Positions 17,789 through 26,527 of a DNA stretch of 30,590 bases are shown here, piece by piece. The stretch lies in the IMG/VR virus record IMGVR_UViG_3300035050_000132, positions 1 to 30,590 of that record; one strand, 5' to 3'. The first letter of the stretch is position 1; each line of letters starts with the position of its first letter. The position numbers were made by a program, and so were the translations under genes. Under the pieces are notes generated by a model. The model was not told where the DNA came from, did not search any database, and worked only from the letters and a program-made list of their open reading frames with translations. This DNA is from a virus.

Positions 17789-18606
17789 TAAATATCCTTT
17801 AAAATCTCTTTAGTTCGTAAATTAGTAACTTGAAATTCTCTAGTAACCAAAGTCTTAGTCTCATAAATGGCTTTATTTTTCATATGTAAATCCCAATTTT
17901 TACCACTGTAATCTGTAAATGGATGCCACTGATGTATAACCATTGGTTCATCTACCATGATAATATCCAAATGTCTATTTTTTATTCTAGCTATAAATTC
18001 AGTATCATCATAGCCTATACCGTCTGCAAAATCATCATCAAAACCTCCAATGAAATCCAACTCTTTTTTACCAATAGCTGTACAAAAATTAAAACATCGT
18101 GGACTATATTCACTATGCTGGTACCACCTATTCATATGAGGACATTGATCTAATGGGATATTATTAGTAGGCTCTATTACATTAAGTATAGCTTCTGTAT
18201 CACTACCTAAATAAGGTAACAACTGTTCAGTCTTTTGCTGATCTATTGCATAACAACTATAAACAAGGTATCTATTACGTTTCCAATTATTATACACATG
18301 ATAAAGTATATCACCAACATGTAAACATTCTGGATTTTGTATAATAACAACGTCACCAGTTGCCTTATTAAATCCTATGTTGTTAGGTATACATGGATTT
18401 CGCCACCACTTTTTGGATGGCTCTATTCTAATAACTTTAATAAAACCAAATCTACTTTGTAAATGCTCTATACGTTGGTCTTCATCACTGGCGTCATCTA
18501 CAACTATAACTTCAAAATTTTTAACTTTAGTATTACACAAACTCTCCAAAGTTTTAGTAAGCAATAACCTTCTATTATGGTAAGCCATAACTATTGAAAT
18601 TTTCAT
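17788..18606 (-). CDS. GT2 glycosyltransferase
   Basis: ISIVMAYHNR, EVIVVDDASD, NIGF..ATGD, GGFDDDF.DG.GYDD.EF..R, IHQWH. Confidence 0.88.
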   Translation of the reverse strand: MKISIVMAYHNRRLLLTKTLESLCNTKVKNFEVIVVDDASDEDQRIEHLQSRFGFIKVIRIEPSKKWWRNPCIPNNIGFNKATGDVVIIQNPECLHVGDILYHVYNNWKRNRYLVYSCYAIDQQKTEQLLPYLGSDTEAILNVIEPTNNIPLDQCPHMNRWYQHSEYSPRCFNFCTAIGKKELDFIGGFDDDFADGIGYDDTEFIARIKNRHLDIIMVDEPMVIHQWHPFTDYSGKNWDLHMKNKAIYETKTLVTREFQVTNLRTKEILKDI

Positions 18607-19451
18607 TATATATACCCTTCCCTTTTAAGTAAAGCTGTCATAGTACAATTTGTACTCATACCATTCTTATTAATATAAGACTTACTTAAAACATGTCCAT
18701 TGTACCAATGTAAACACAATACATTATTATCATACAAAGGCTCTAAATTGACACCTCTATATAAATTTTGAATAGTTTTATTGGGTGGATGTATATTATA
18801 TGGATAATAAGTTTCAAAACGAGCGCCAACAGTTTTATGGTATTTAGATCTAATTGAATCTAATGTTGGATAGGCTGCACTAAGCATAACGCTACCAAAA
18901 ACCTCATGACTAAAAGGAGGTTTTACATGTTTAGTTAACTCAATAACAGAACCTATATAAGGGTCTTCCTTGGCATGCATTAAAATACCTATACTATGAC
19001 CACCACCAACTCCAGTAATAAAAGATACTACAGCAGATATATCATCTGCTGCAACATCGCCAAAATAATTAGTATTAGCAAAATGTTCTACAGGCTTTAA
19101 CCAAAGAACATCAAAATCAGACCATACCCCACCCTCATTATATAAAATATTATAGCGAAATATATCAGAACGTAAAATACCATGTATATCTTTACGTACA
19201 CTAAATTGAGCTAAATCTATAACATTAATGTTCACATAATCAAGGTTAGAAATTGTATCAAAATAATCTTGTCCAACATAATCTGGAATAAAATTAAAAC
19301 GCATACGGCCCTTGTATTCTTCATCAGGCACATGTACTACAATCTTCCAGTCAGGATTATATTTATGAAAAGAAACCACAGTCAAGGATTGTAGAAAAGA
19401 CATTGGATTTCCATCCCAATACAAATGTAATTTCTTTGGTATTAAATCCAT
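18606..19451 (-). CDS. DxD glycosyltransferase (GT32/OCH1-like)
   Basis: IPKKLHLYW, SF.KYNPDW, RSDIFRYNILYNEGGVWSDFDVLWLKP, LHWYNG. Confidence 0.82.
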   Translation of the reverse strand: MDLIPKKLHLYWDGNPMSFLQSLTVVSFHKYNPDWKIVVHVPDEEYKGRMRFNFIPDYVGQDYFDTISNLDYVNINVIDLAQFSVRKDIHGILRSDIFRYNILYNEGGVWSDFDVLWLKPVEHFANTNYFGDVAADDISAVVSFITGVGGGHSIGILMHAKEDPYIGSVIELTKHVKPPFSHEVFGSVMLSAAYPTLDSIRSKYHKTVGARFETYYPYNIHPPNKTIQNLYRGVNLEPLYDNNVLCLHWYNGHVLSKSYINKNGMSTNCTMTALLKREGYI

Positions 19452-20020
19452 CAGATAGCTAACTCCTTTACTATCCTCTCCAAATCATAAGTACGTTGTT
19501 CATGTACGCATTCATAAAAACCTTTATTATCTATTTCTTCAAGTTTTTGTTTAAGATATTTTTCAACACGATCACTTGTCTTTTGTGATGCTTCAGTCAT
19601 ATGTGCAGGTCTATTATTAATCTTAAAATCTTCTCGTTTAATAGTCTCAATAGAAAGTCTATCCATCATCTCACCAATACTATAAACTATATCATCAGTG
19701 ATCCACGACTCTGCAGTAGTAGGTTCTTTAATAGATTTTATATCAGAAATGTATTTATTAATACGGGCCTTTGATGCTACTCTATACTCCCCCACACTCC
19801 TTGCCACCCACTCTAAATCAGAAATTAATTCAGTACTGACTGTTTTAGTTTTACGCTCAGCTATAGCAATCATATTGGCTTTGTAACATCTAAAATTGGC
19901 ATCAGAAAGAATATCTACAAACTCCATTAACGTTTCTACCTGATCTTCAGTAAAATGTTTTGAAAAAATACCACCAATATGTTTAAAAAATCCACTAAAA
20001 TCAATATTCTCCAGTATCAT
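19451..20020 (-). CDS. Helical hypothetical protein, possibly DUF4254-like
   Basis: SIGEMMDRLSIETIK resembles the conserved DRLSI motif of DUF4254-type proteins found in glycan clusters. From memory. Confidence 0.5.
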   Translation of the reverse strand: MILENIDFSGFFKHIGGIFSKHFTEDQVETLMEFVDILSDANFRCYKANMIAIAERKTKTVSTELISDLEWVARSVGEYRVASKARINKYISDIKSIKEPTTAESWITDDIVYSIGEMMDRLSIETIKREDFKINNRPAHMTEASQKTSDRVEKYLKQKLEEIDNKGFYECVHEQRTYDLERIVKELAI

Positions 20021-20777
20021 TATTTATCCACCCCTTTGTATTGTTATCTTTTCCTATTATATGAAATTCTTTAACTTTCTCAGTTTTATTCCATTTAAGT
20101 GGGGTATAATGAGTATCATGATGTTGTACAGTACAACAAGTACCATCCAGCCTACCATTATGTTGAGTCCTATTTATCAAGGGCCTTAAAGCTTTACAAT
20201 TATATTCTTTAAAAAATGCCTGAACATTCCAATCCCAACCGTGAGCATTAAAATATTTCTTCGCTAATTCTTTATCAAACCAAGCTCTACTATAGCATTT
20301 TTGCCAACCTTCTTGAAAAGTACACCAACCCAAACCTTCAAAAAAAGGCACCTCTTCCAAGGCAGCAAAATCTTCGCCACGAGGGTTAAATCCAAACAAG
20401 CCATATGAAATATATGACAAAGGTTCTTTTTTAAAATTCTCACAATACCAATTAGCCAAATTAATGGCATCCGGTGCTAATAAAAAATCATCTTCTATAT
20501 GCACATTAAAATCAGATTTAAGTTTATCAAAAGCATGACTTAAAACATTATACATATTTGCTATAGCACCCGCATGAGACTTTGTTCCTGATGAGTTTTC
20601 CTTTAATAAAATTGTTATAGGAAAACCACAGTTTTTTAAAACATCTATACATGGCGGACAATTCTCAGCACTTGCAATAATTTGATAACCGCTCAAGTCT
20701 TGCTGGCCAAGCGTCTGTAAAAATTCTACTAAATAATTGGGCCTATAACCCACAGGAAAAGTAATCGTTTTAATCAT
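20001..20777 (-). CDS. GT-A glycosyltransferase resembling GT13 (GnT-I/POMGnT1)
   Basis: RPNYL, IEDDFLLAPD, FFEGLGW, WDW, RPLINRTQHNG. Confidence 0.7.
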   Translation of the reverse strand: MIKTITFPVGYRPNYLVEFLQTLGQQDLSGYQIIASAENCPPCIDVLKNCGFPITILLKENSSGTKSHAGAIANMYNVLSHAFDKLKSDFNVHIEDDFLLAPDAINLANWYCENFKKEPLSYISYGLFGFNPRGEDFAALEEVPFFEGLGWCTFQEGWQKCYSRAWFDKELAKKYFNAHGWDWNVQAFFKEYNCKALRPLINRTQHNGRLDGTCCTVQHHDTHYTPLKWNKTEKVKEFHIIGKDNNTKGWINNDTGEY

Positions 20778-20939
20778 GAATTATCCTTATCTTTATCATT
20801 TTTAATATAAAACTTACATTTACTACATTTTTCTACATCAGTAGGAGTATAATTACGATTACAAAAACACCATACTCTCTAGGAGCGTATACCAATAGTC
20901 GTAATACTTACAATCATCCCTATTATTATATTTTTTCAT
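20774..20939 (-). pseudogene. Small Cys-rich ORF split by a frameshift
   Basis: ATG 20939 with AAAGGA RBS stops at 20859 after 26 aa. A second frame RVWCFCNRNY...CSKCKFY...NS ends in a TGA overlapping the next ATG (ATGA). The span is 166 nt (3n+1). Confidence 0.55.
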
Positions 20940-20954
20940 TAATATCCTTTCAGA

Positions 20955-20976
20955 CGCCCCACCAATAAGTAGGGCG
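20955..20976 (-). terminator. Intergenic stem-loop
   Basis: Minus strand CGCCCTAC-TTATTG-GTGGGGCG. The 8-bp stem includes a G-U pair that only forms on the minus-strand RNA. No U-tract. Confidence 0.45.
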
Positions 20977-21024
20977 GCTATTTAATATAGACTTAATCCT
21001 GATGTTTGTACAGAGCAGGGACAG

Positions 21025-22143
21025 CTATACTTTTTCGATCTCTTTAATAAATTTCTCAGCAATACATTCCCAAGAAAAGTTTTCATAAATGAACCTTTTT
21101 AATTTTTTACCTCTTACTTTGGCCGCTTCACGATTTTCATAAATATCTTTCATAAGTTCTCCACCATGAATTACATTAGGCTCAGCCCAACACTGATCTC
21201 CTCTATACCAAGGAGACCACCACATACCTGACACTGGCGTAAGTTGGTAATCAACTAAATAACTATTATCTTCTTTAGCATACTCAGTTGAGCCACCAAA
21301 ACCAGTTACAACTACGGGTTTACCTGCGGCACCTGCTTGGAAAGGACTTAAACCAAACCCTTCACCTCTATCTAAAGAAACATAACAATCTCCGCGTTGA
21401 TGTAATGCAGTAATCTCTAATTCGGTCAACATATCAGGAATTAATATTACTTTAGGATGATGCTCCATAGGCATATCTCTTTTTAGTCCTCTAATAATAT
21501 TACGCACAACCGATTTTTCATTATCACTATAATCATTTCTATAAGTTTTTAAAACCAATACAACATCCTCAATACCAGAAAATGTATGGTAATATGCTTT
21601 AAGTAATGCTATTAAATTTTTACGTTCAGTAAATTGAGAAATATTATAAAACATAAAATCACTGTCTGTAACACCAGAAATATTATATTTATTTATATCA
21701 TGATATTCTTTTTTACTAATTCCGTGTGGAACTACACCAATAGGTACATTGACTCCACTGTCGTTAAATACGTCTACATTCCACTCACAAGGAACCAATA
21801 CCTTATCAACTGAGCTATTTATATATTTTACCCAATCAGAATGCAGTTTAGTAGTTTCAAAAACAGTATAACCTACATTTTTTGTATTTGGAATGATATA
21901 ACGACCCCAAAATTCTGGTGTAGTATGTATAATATTGTAGTCAAATTCGATTGGTTTATTGATTAATGACTTAAGTACTTCACCGTCATCACCTAAATCG
22001 GGTTGGATTTGTTCAAATGAGATTGGATTTAATGTTAAAGGTACCTCAGCGTTATGAAGTGCCAATATATTACCTCTACAAGCCCTCGCGTACCCAGAAT
22101 TATCAAAAATAGGACCTGTATATTTTATACCTTTTATCTTCAT
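21025..22143 (-). CDS. GT4 (GT-B) glycosyltransferase
   Basis: SGYA, YTVFETT, VPHG, ERKN, RGEGFGLSPFQA.A.GKPVVVT, FSWE. Confidence 0.9.
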   Translation of the reverse strand: MKIKGIKYTGPIFDNSGYARACRGNILALHNAEVPLTLNPISFEQIQPDLGDDGEVLKSLINKPIEFDYNIIHTTPEFWGRYIIPNTKNVGYTVFETTKLHSDWVKYINSSVDKVLVPCEWNVDVFNDSGVNVPIGVVPHGISKKEYHDINKYNISGVTDSDFMFYNISQFTERKNLIALLKAYYHTFSGIEDVVLVLKTYRNDYSDNEKSVVRNIIRGLKRDMPMEHHPKVILIPDMLTELEITALHQRGDCYVSLDRGEGFGLSPFQAGAAGKPVVVTGFGGSTEYAKEDNSYLVDYQLTPVSGMWWSPWYRGDQCWAEPNVIHGGELMKDIYENREAAKVRGKKLKRFIYENFSWECIAEKFIKEIEKV

Positions 22144-22213
22144 ATCTATAAATCTTCCTTTATAAAACTATGCTAATAATAATACAGTCAGTTTAATAAA
22201 CTTCATAATTATT

Positions 22214-22241
22214 AATATAAACACTATAATTAAATTGTCAA
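22214..22241 (-). promoter_or_regulatory. Sigma70-like promoter, copy 4 of 5 (main glycosylation operon)
   Basis: TTGACA-atttaattatagtgtt(16)-TATATT. Confidence 0.8.
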
Positions 22242-22251
22242 GTATTTTTAA

Positions 22252-22273
22252 GGTGGCTCTATAAGGAGCCACC
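22252..22273 (-). terminator. Stem-loop after the GT4 stop (probable terminator)
   Basis: GGTGGCTC-CTTATA-GAGCCACC, a perfect 8-bp stem 15 nt after the stop and just upstream of promoter copy 4; short U-tract. Confidence 0.6.
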
Positions 22274-22288
22274 AAAATTAGAATTAAA

Positions 22289-23581
22289 TTAGAAACTTTC
22301 AGTATTAATTGTAGCACCACTGCCTGAAAAATCATCATTAAGAAACGATAATGTAGCTTTATCAAACACCTTTACCCACTGTTCACCAATATTACCTTGC
22401 CAATTCAAATCAGATCTGATCCAACTATACGCTTTATCAGCCTTTGCTTTTGCTTCATCATAATTATCATATATATGAATTAATTTATTAACCATATCAT
22501 CTATATCAACTAACGGCCTTATAACCTCATTATCATGGGGAAGAACAGTATGTAATGTTGGAGTAGTACCACTATCACAAAGATAACCCTTATCTTCAGT
22601 AATTATTTCTTCCATTACGGTATTTCGAGGCATTAGTACTGGCGTACCTGCAGCCATAGACTCACACCAACTCATTCCCCAACCTTCACCCAATGTTGTA
22701 CTTACAACAAGATCTGAAGCATTATAAAGCGCATTCACAACCTCAATAGGATAACCTTGATTTGGGCCAAAATTTTCAGGAAACACTACATCTTCTTTAA
22801 TAGTAAGACCATAAGACTTGACCACCTCATTCAAATTCCACCCTTGATCTTGAGCTGCCATATGAAGGTATAGTAAAGAGTTAGGTACTTTCTTTTTAAA
22901 TTCTTTAAATGCTGCAATAGTTCTAGGGATATCTTTTCTGTGTTGATTTCTATTTAAATTTGTAATTATAAATTTATCTGCACCTTTACCGAAAAAACTT
23001 TTTCTAAAACTAATTACATCTTGCTCTGGTAACCTTCTAAAATCAGTAACATTAGCTCCGTGATAAATAATATCTATATCACCTGCATCTGGATAAACAA
23101 GTTTAGAATTATCCACAGCATATTGTGAGTAAGTAACTACATGATCAGCGGTGGTCACATTCTTTATCCAACTTTCTTTCGGCCTACCATCAATTGGATA
23201 ATAACAAATGGACTTAAATTTTTTGCCCTGAGCTTTCAATGCTGGTAAAACCTGCGGCATAAAATCTAAAATAAAACTATCTTGTAAAAGAAACAAGATA
23301 TCATAATCCATTTGTTGCATCATAGCGGCAGCTTTTCTACGCCCATAAGGGTCCTTGTCACCATTAATACCGGCAGGCCAAATACGATAAGGGAAATTAT
23401 GTGGATCTCCCCAATGGTTAATCCCAATAATGTCTATTTCATATCTACCAGTTTTATAAAGAGCTTCAAAAATGTTCCTAGATACAGTTCCAAAACCAGT
23501 TGCTGTATTGGGCGCATCGCAAAATGCCAAAACTTTAGTCTTATTGGAAATTTGTTTACTTAGTTTTCTATTTTTTGTCAT
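22289..23581 (-). CDS. GT4 (GT-B) glycosyltransferase
   Basis: DAP..ATGFG.V, IYHG, NRNQHRKDI, LYNASDL.VSTTLGEGWGMSWCESMAAGTPV. Confidence 0.9.
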   Translation of the reverse strand: MTKNRKLSKQISNKTKVLAFCDAPNTATGFGTVSRNIFEALYKTGRYEIDIIGINHWGDPHNFPYRIWPAGINGDKDPYGRRKAAAMMQQMDYDILFLLQDSFILDFMPQVLPALKAQGKKFKSICYYPIDGRPKESWIKNVTTADHVVTYSQYAVDNSKLVYPDAGDIDIIYHGANVTDFRRLPEQDVISFRKSFFGKGADKFIITNLNRNQHRKDIPRTIAAFKEFKKKVPNSLLYLHMAAQDQGWNLNEVVKSYGLTIKEDVVFPENFGPNQGYPIEVVNALYNASDLVVSTTLGEGWGMSWCESMAAGTPVLMPRNTVMEEIITEDKGYLCDSGTTPTLHTVLPHDNEVIRPLVDIDDMVNKLIHIYDNYDEAKAKADKAYSWIRSDLNWQGNIGEQWVKVFDKATLSFLNDDFSGSGATINTESF

Positions 23582-23595
23582 AATTTTATCATCCT

Positions 23596-24459
23596 TTAAT
23601 AAATATAATTATATCTTCTATACATAATAGCCTGGTACCAAGCTTTATGCCATCTTCTATTTTGGTTTGCTCTATTATTACATGCTCTGCAAACTGTTAT
23701 TAAATTTTCAGGACCACAATTTGTTTTAACATAGTCTATATGATGCACTATTAAGTCATATGGATTATTTGAATAACAAGAGGGATTTAAACACCTATTA
23801 CCATCACGATCTTTTATATCCTGTTTATATTCTACATCTTTCCAAACAGAACAGTAACCTTCATTAGAAATTCCACCGCGCCACGCATAATTTCCAGGGC
23901 CAGATATTTTTATAGCATGACATGTAGGACATCTATAACCACCGTTATACCAATCGGTAAAAGTTATACTATGCTCATGCCCATACGGACATCTATAATC
24001 TAATTTTTGTTTTTGATTAATATATTTAGTAGTTAAAAGTGTATAACACTCTTTTTCAAATTGTTCCCTAACAAAAATTATAGTAAACCTTACATTCTTA
24101 GCACAATATTTACATCTAAATCCAGATTGCCAATTACCAAAAGTCATAGAAGTACTATGCCCTTTAGGACAAACAAGGTCTAATTTAGTCCTACTATTAA
24201 CATAAATTTTACTAATTAAAGTATATCCTTCGGACTCTATACTATCTTTAACATCCTCATACTTTAATCTATAACTATCATGTGCACAATATGGGCAACG
24301 TTGCCCCTTCTGCCATTCAGAAAATCCAATTTGATGTATATGATTATTAGGACACTTATATTTTAATTTGTATTGTACACCCTTATATTCAGTACTTAAT
24401 AACTCATAACCTTCCTCCTCAAACTTAGACTTTACAAATTCATATGTTAATTTTTTCAT
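23596..24459 (-). CDS. HNH homing endonuclease with three tandem ~60-aa Zn-ribbon repeats
   Basis: Same repeat unit as 4711-5766; HNH core VHHIDYVKTNCGPENLITVCRACN; near-identical C-terminus WHKAWYQAIM..RYNY.Y. Confidence 0.88.
   Translation of the reverse strand: MKKLTYEFVKSKFEEEGYELLSTEYKGVQYKLKYKCPNNHIHQIGFSEWQKGQRCPYCAHDSYRLKYEDVKDSIESEGYTLISKIYVNSRTKLDLVCPKGHSTSMTFGNWQSGFRCKYCAKNVRFTIIFVREQFEKECYTLLTTKYINQKQKLDYRCPYGHEHSITFTDWYNGGYRCPTCHAIKISGPGNYAWRGGISNEGYCSVWKDVEYKQDIKDRDGNRCLNPSCYSNNPYDLIVHHIDYVKTNCGPENLITVCRACNNRANQNRRWHKAWYQAIMYRRYNYIY
23920..24453 (-). repeat. Three imperfect ~180-nt coding tandem repeats
   Basis: EGY.L.S..Y....KL...CP..H...W..G.RC..C repeated three times. Confidence 0.88.
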
Positions 24460-24465
24460 ATCAAA

Positions 24466-25656
24466 TTACTTCTTTGTTTTCTTTGCCTTTGGTATCTTTT
24501 TTGTAGCAAGGAAGGGCGTTGTATAGTTGGTAGTAGCACTATTCTGTATAGCTTTAGCTGCTGCTGGATTTTGTGAACAATAATTATCCACAGCTTTTTT
24601 ATTTAACGACATCATACCAATCAAATCTTCTACAGGAACTATTTTAGCAACTTCTCTAGGATCGTAATTAGTTCTAGCATTCTGTCTAATAATCAACTGC
24701 TCTTCATCACCTTTCAAACCAGTACCATCACGTTGTATCTTTTCCATAGCTAACATATTAAGTTCTCTTTTACGCATGTCAAGTATTTTTATTGTACTAG
24801 TTATTCTTTTATATTCTTCAATTATTTCATTATCTGTTAATTTAGATAGTGGTAAAAATTCTTTCTGACATTTTTTACATGCTTTTTCATAAGCGGGGCA
24901 ATAATCCTTGAAATCACACCATGGACAGAAAATGTTCAACGATGCTGGCGCATCTTTCTCTTCTTTAAGTTCTGTCATCTGTTTATGCACTTCAGTAAGA
25001 TAATCATTGAACTCTTCTCGTTGTTTTGGTGTTCTATATGTAAATACAGGCTCACTTTTTAGCATATCCAAACACAAAACTACACGTTTATATTGAGGCC
25101 ACAGCATACCCGCCACCAAATCATATAAAGATAACTGTAAATCCTCCCGCAACTGATCTGGTGTGGGGGCAGTTTTAGAAGTCTTATAATCTATAACTAG
25201 TAAAGTATCTTCATCAAGCTCTACAACCTTATCAATTGCACCAATTAAAGGCACCCCTTGGGTAGTTGTTAAATCTGGATATTTACTTTTAGGAAAACCA
25301 AAAGGCAACTCCAAATTAATTATACGTTTCCCTAATTTGAAAGAATCTAACCTAGATTTAACAAGTACTTTACCTTCAGCATGTACATCGTGAGCCTCAA
25401 TACCTTCTCTAACAGATATTTTATCATAATAAGCCATTATCTTTTTTATCTCAGATTTTGTAAACTCTTCTTTATCCGGCCCGGCTTCCATCCATATATT
25501 ACCTGCTAGCTCTAAAGATTCATGACAAGCTAAACCTAACTTAAATGATGGGTTAGAAAGTTTAGGCAAATGTTCCACATAACCAAACCAATATCTTTTT
25601 TTACAACGTAAAAAAGAACTAATCCTAGTTGCACTTAATTTTATAACTTTACCCAT
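24466..25656 (-). CDS. PD-(D/E)XK nuclease, RecB/AddB/Cas4-like with Fe-S cysteines
   Basis: LSATRISSFLRC, G...H..LE, GAIDKV, IDYKTSK, QLSLY, CPWCDFKDYCP (1+3 Cys); additional C-terminal helical domain. Confidence 0.88.
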   Translation of the reverse strand: MGKVIKLSATRISSFLRCKKRYWFGYVEHLPKLSNPSFKLGLACHESLELAGNIWMEAGPDKEEFTKSEIKKIMAYYDKISVREGIEAHDVHAEGKVLVKSRLDSFKLGKRIINLELPFGFPKSKYPDLTTTQGVPLIGAIDKVVELDEDTLLVIDYKTSKTAPTPDQLREDLQLSLYDLVAGMLWPQYKRVVLCLDMLKSEPVFTYRTPKQREEFNDYLTEVHKQMTELKEEKDAPASLNIFCPWCDFKDYCPAYEKACKKCQKEFLPLSKLTDNEIIEEYKRITSTIKILDMRKRELNMLAMEKIQRDGTGLKGDEEQLIIRQNARTNYDPREVAKIVPVEDLIGMMSLNKKAVDNYCSQNPAAAKAIQNSATTNYTTPFLATKKIPKAKKTKK

Positions 25657-26028
25657 CTACTCTGTCTCCTTATCCGCTAAAAATAATTCTAGATCATATA
25701 TAACCAGTTGTAAAAGCGCATTAGTCAATCGTTGTTTAAAGTCCGCAAACACATCAGTTACGTCCTCTGACTTAACAAATAAAACCTCTTCTTCCTCTTC
25801 AGAACCTTCTACTGGAAAATAAAGTAAGTAGTAATTCAAATCATATGTTTTTGTTATATCAAACTCATCTACACGTTCTCCCATAGTATCCATAAGAAAC
25901 TCTTTAGCATCTTCGGTAAGACTTCTACCTGACTTCTTAAAAATATCTACACAACGAGTTAGCGCTTCAGTTTTAAAAGCTTCTTTTAAGGCATGTGCCC
26001 TAATACCATTATTTGTACAAGAATCCAT
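25657..26028 (-). CDS. Hypothetical acidic protein (123 aa)
   Basis: ORF abutting both neighbours in the operon; no motif recognised. Confidence 0.7.
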   Translation of the reverse strand: MDSCTNNGIRAHALKEAFKTEALTRCVDIFKKSGRSLTEDAKEFLMDTMGERVDEFDITKTYDLNYYLLYFPVEGSEEEEEVLFVKSEDVTDVFADFKQRLTNALLQLVIYDLELFLADKETE

Positions 26029-26527
26029 ATTCTTTTTCCTCTTTTATAATTTTATACCCCTCTGTATGTATATAATATATGTATTGTGCTATAGAATCTG
26101 CCACATCGTTATGTGTCTTAAAAGATTCTTTATCTGTCCAACCAAGTAAATCATGTATAACCTCAAAAAGGTCCTCTTTCTTTTTAGTACAAAAGAAAGC
26201 CTTAACAGTCTTATTACTTACAATGATAGGGGCAGCGCCGATAAACTCATACACCACCTGTTCCGCCACCCCACCAAACTTAGCTAGAAGTTTCACTACA
26301 GCTGGGTTCCTACCTACAAAAGTATCCTCAATAAGTACTATCGTAGGTTTGTATTTCTTAAGAAGTTTTAACAACGTTGCTCTAAAATAAGTCAATCTTA
26401 CAGAAGTAGTATCCTTATTTGTAGTTTTAATAGTTCCAAATTTTGTATTATTATACCTTAAATTATAATATGACCACCCTGTAGATGATGCTGAAATATC
26501 TAAACTAAATACTCTAATAGAACTCAT
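26009..26527 (-). CDS. ruvC: RuvC-like Holliday junction resolvase
   Basis: SLDISASSTGWS, P..VLIED, L.KFGGV, VK....KK, NDVADSIA. Confidence 0.85.
   Translation of the reverse strand: MSSIRVFSLDISASSTGWSYYNLRYNNTKFGTIKTTNKDTTSVRLTYFRATLLKLLKKYKPTIVLIEDTFVGRNPAVVKLLAKFGGVAEQVVYEFIGAAPIIVSNKTVKAFFCTKKKEDLFEVIHDLLGWTDKESFKTHNDVADSIAQYIYYIHTEGYKIIKEEKEYGFLYK

Noticed and set aside
20774-20912. TAG readthrough or code 15 suggested by an in-frame TAG in the small ORF
   Set aside because: TAG terminates several genes at natural ends (752, 3764, 21025, 25657, 27467), and long ORFs are uninterrupted in the standard code.
20984-21012. Sixth promoter copy (TGTACA-N17-TATATT)
   Set aside because: The -35 and the spacing both deviate from the five invariant copies. 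It is possible but not supportable.
3144-22365. Alternate-frame minus ORFs 3144-3341, 3396-3584, 20264-20470 and 22168-22365
   Set aside because: They are nested in dut or the GT13-like gene, or run across a hairpin and promoter. Their composition is atypical and no motifs are present.
24466-25656. Cas4-like nuclease as part of a CRISPR-Cas system
   Set aside because: I found no repeat-spacer array or other cas genes. Stand-alone nucleases of this type are common in phage recombination modules.
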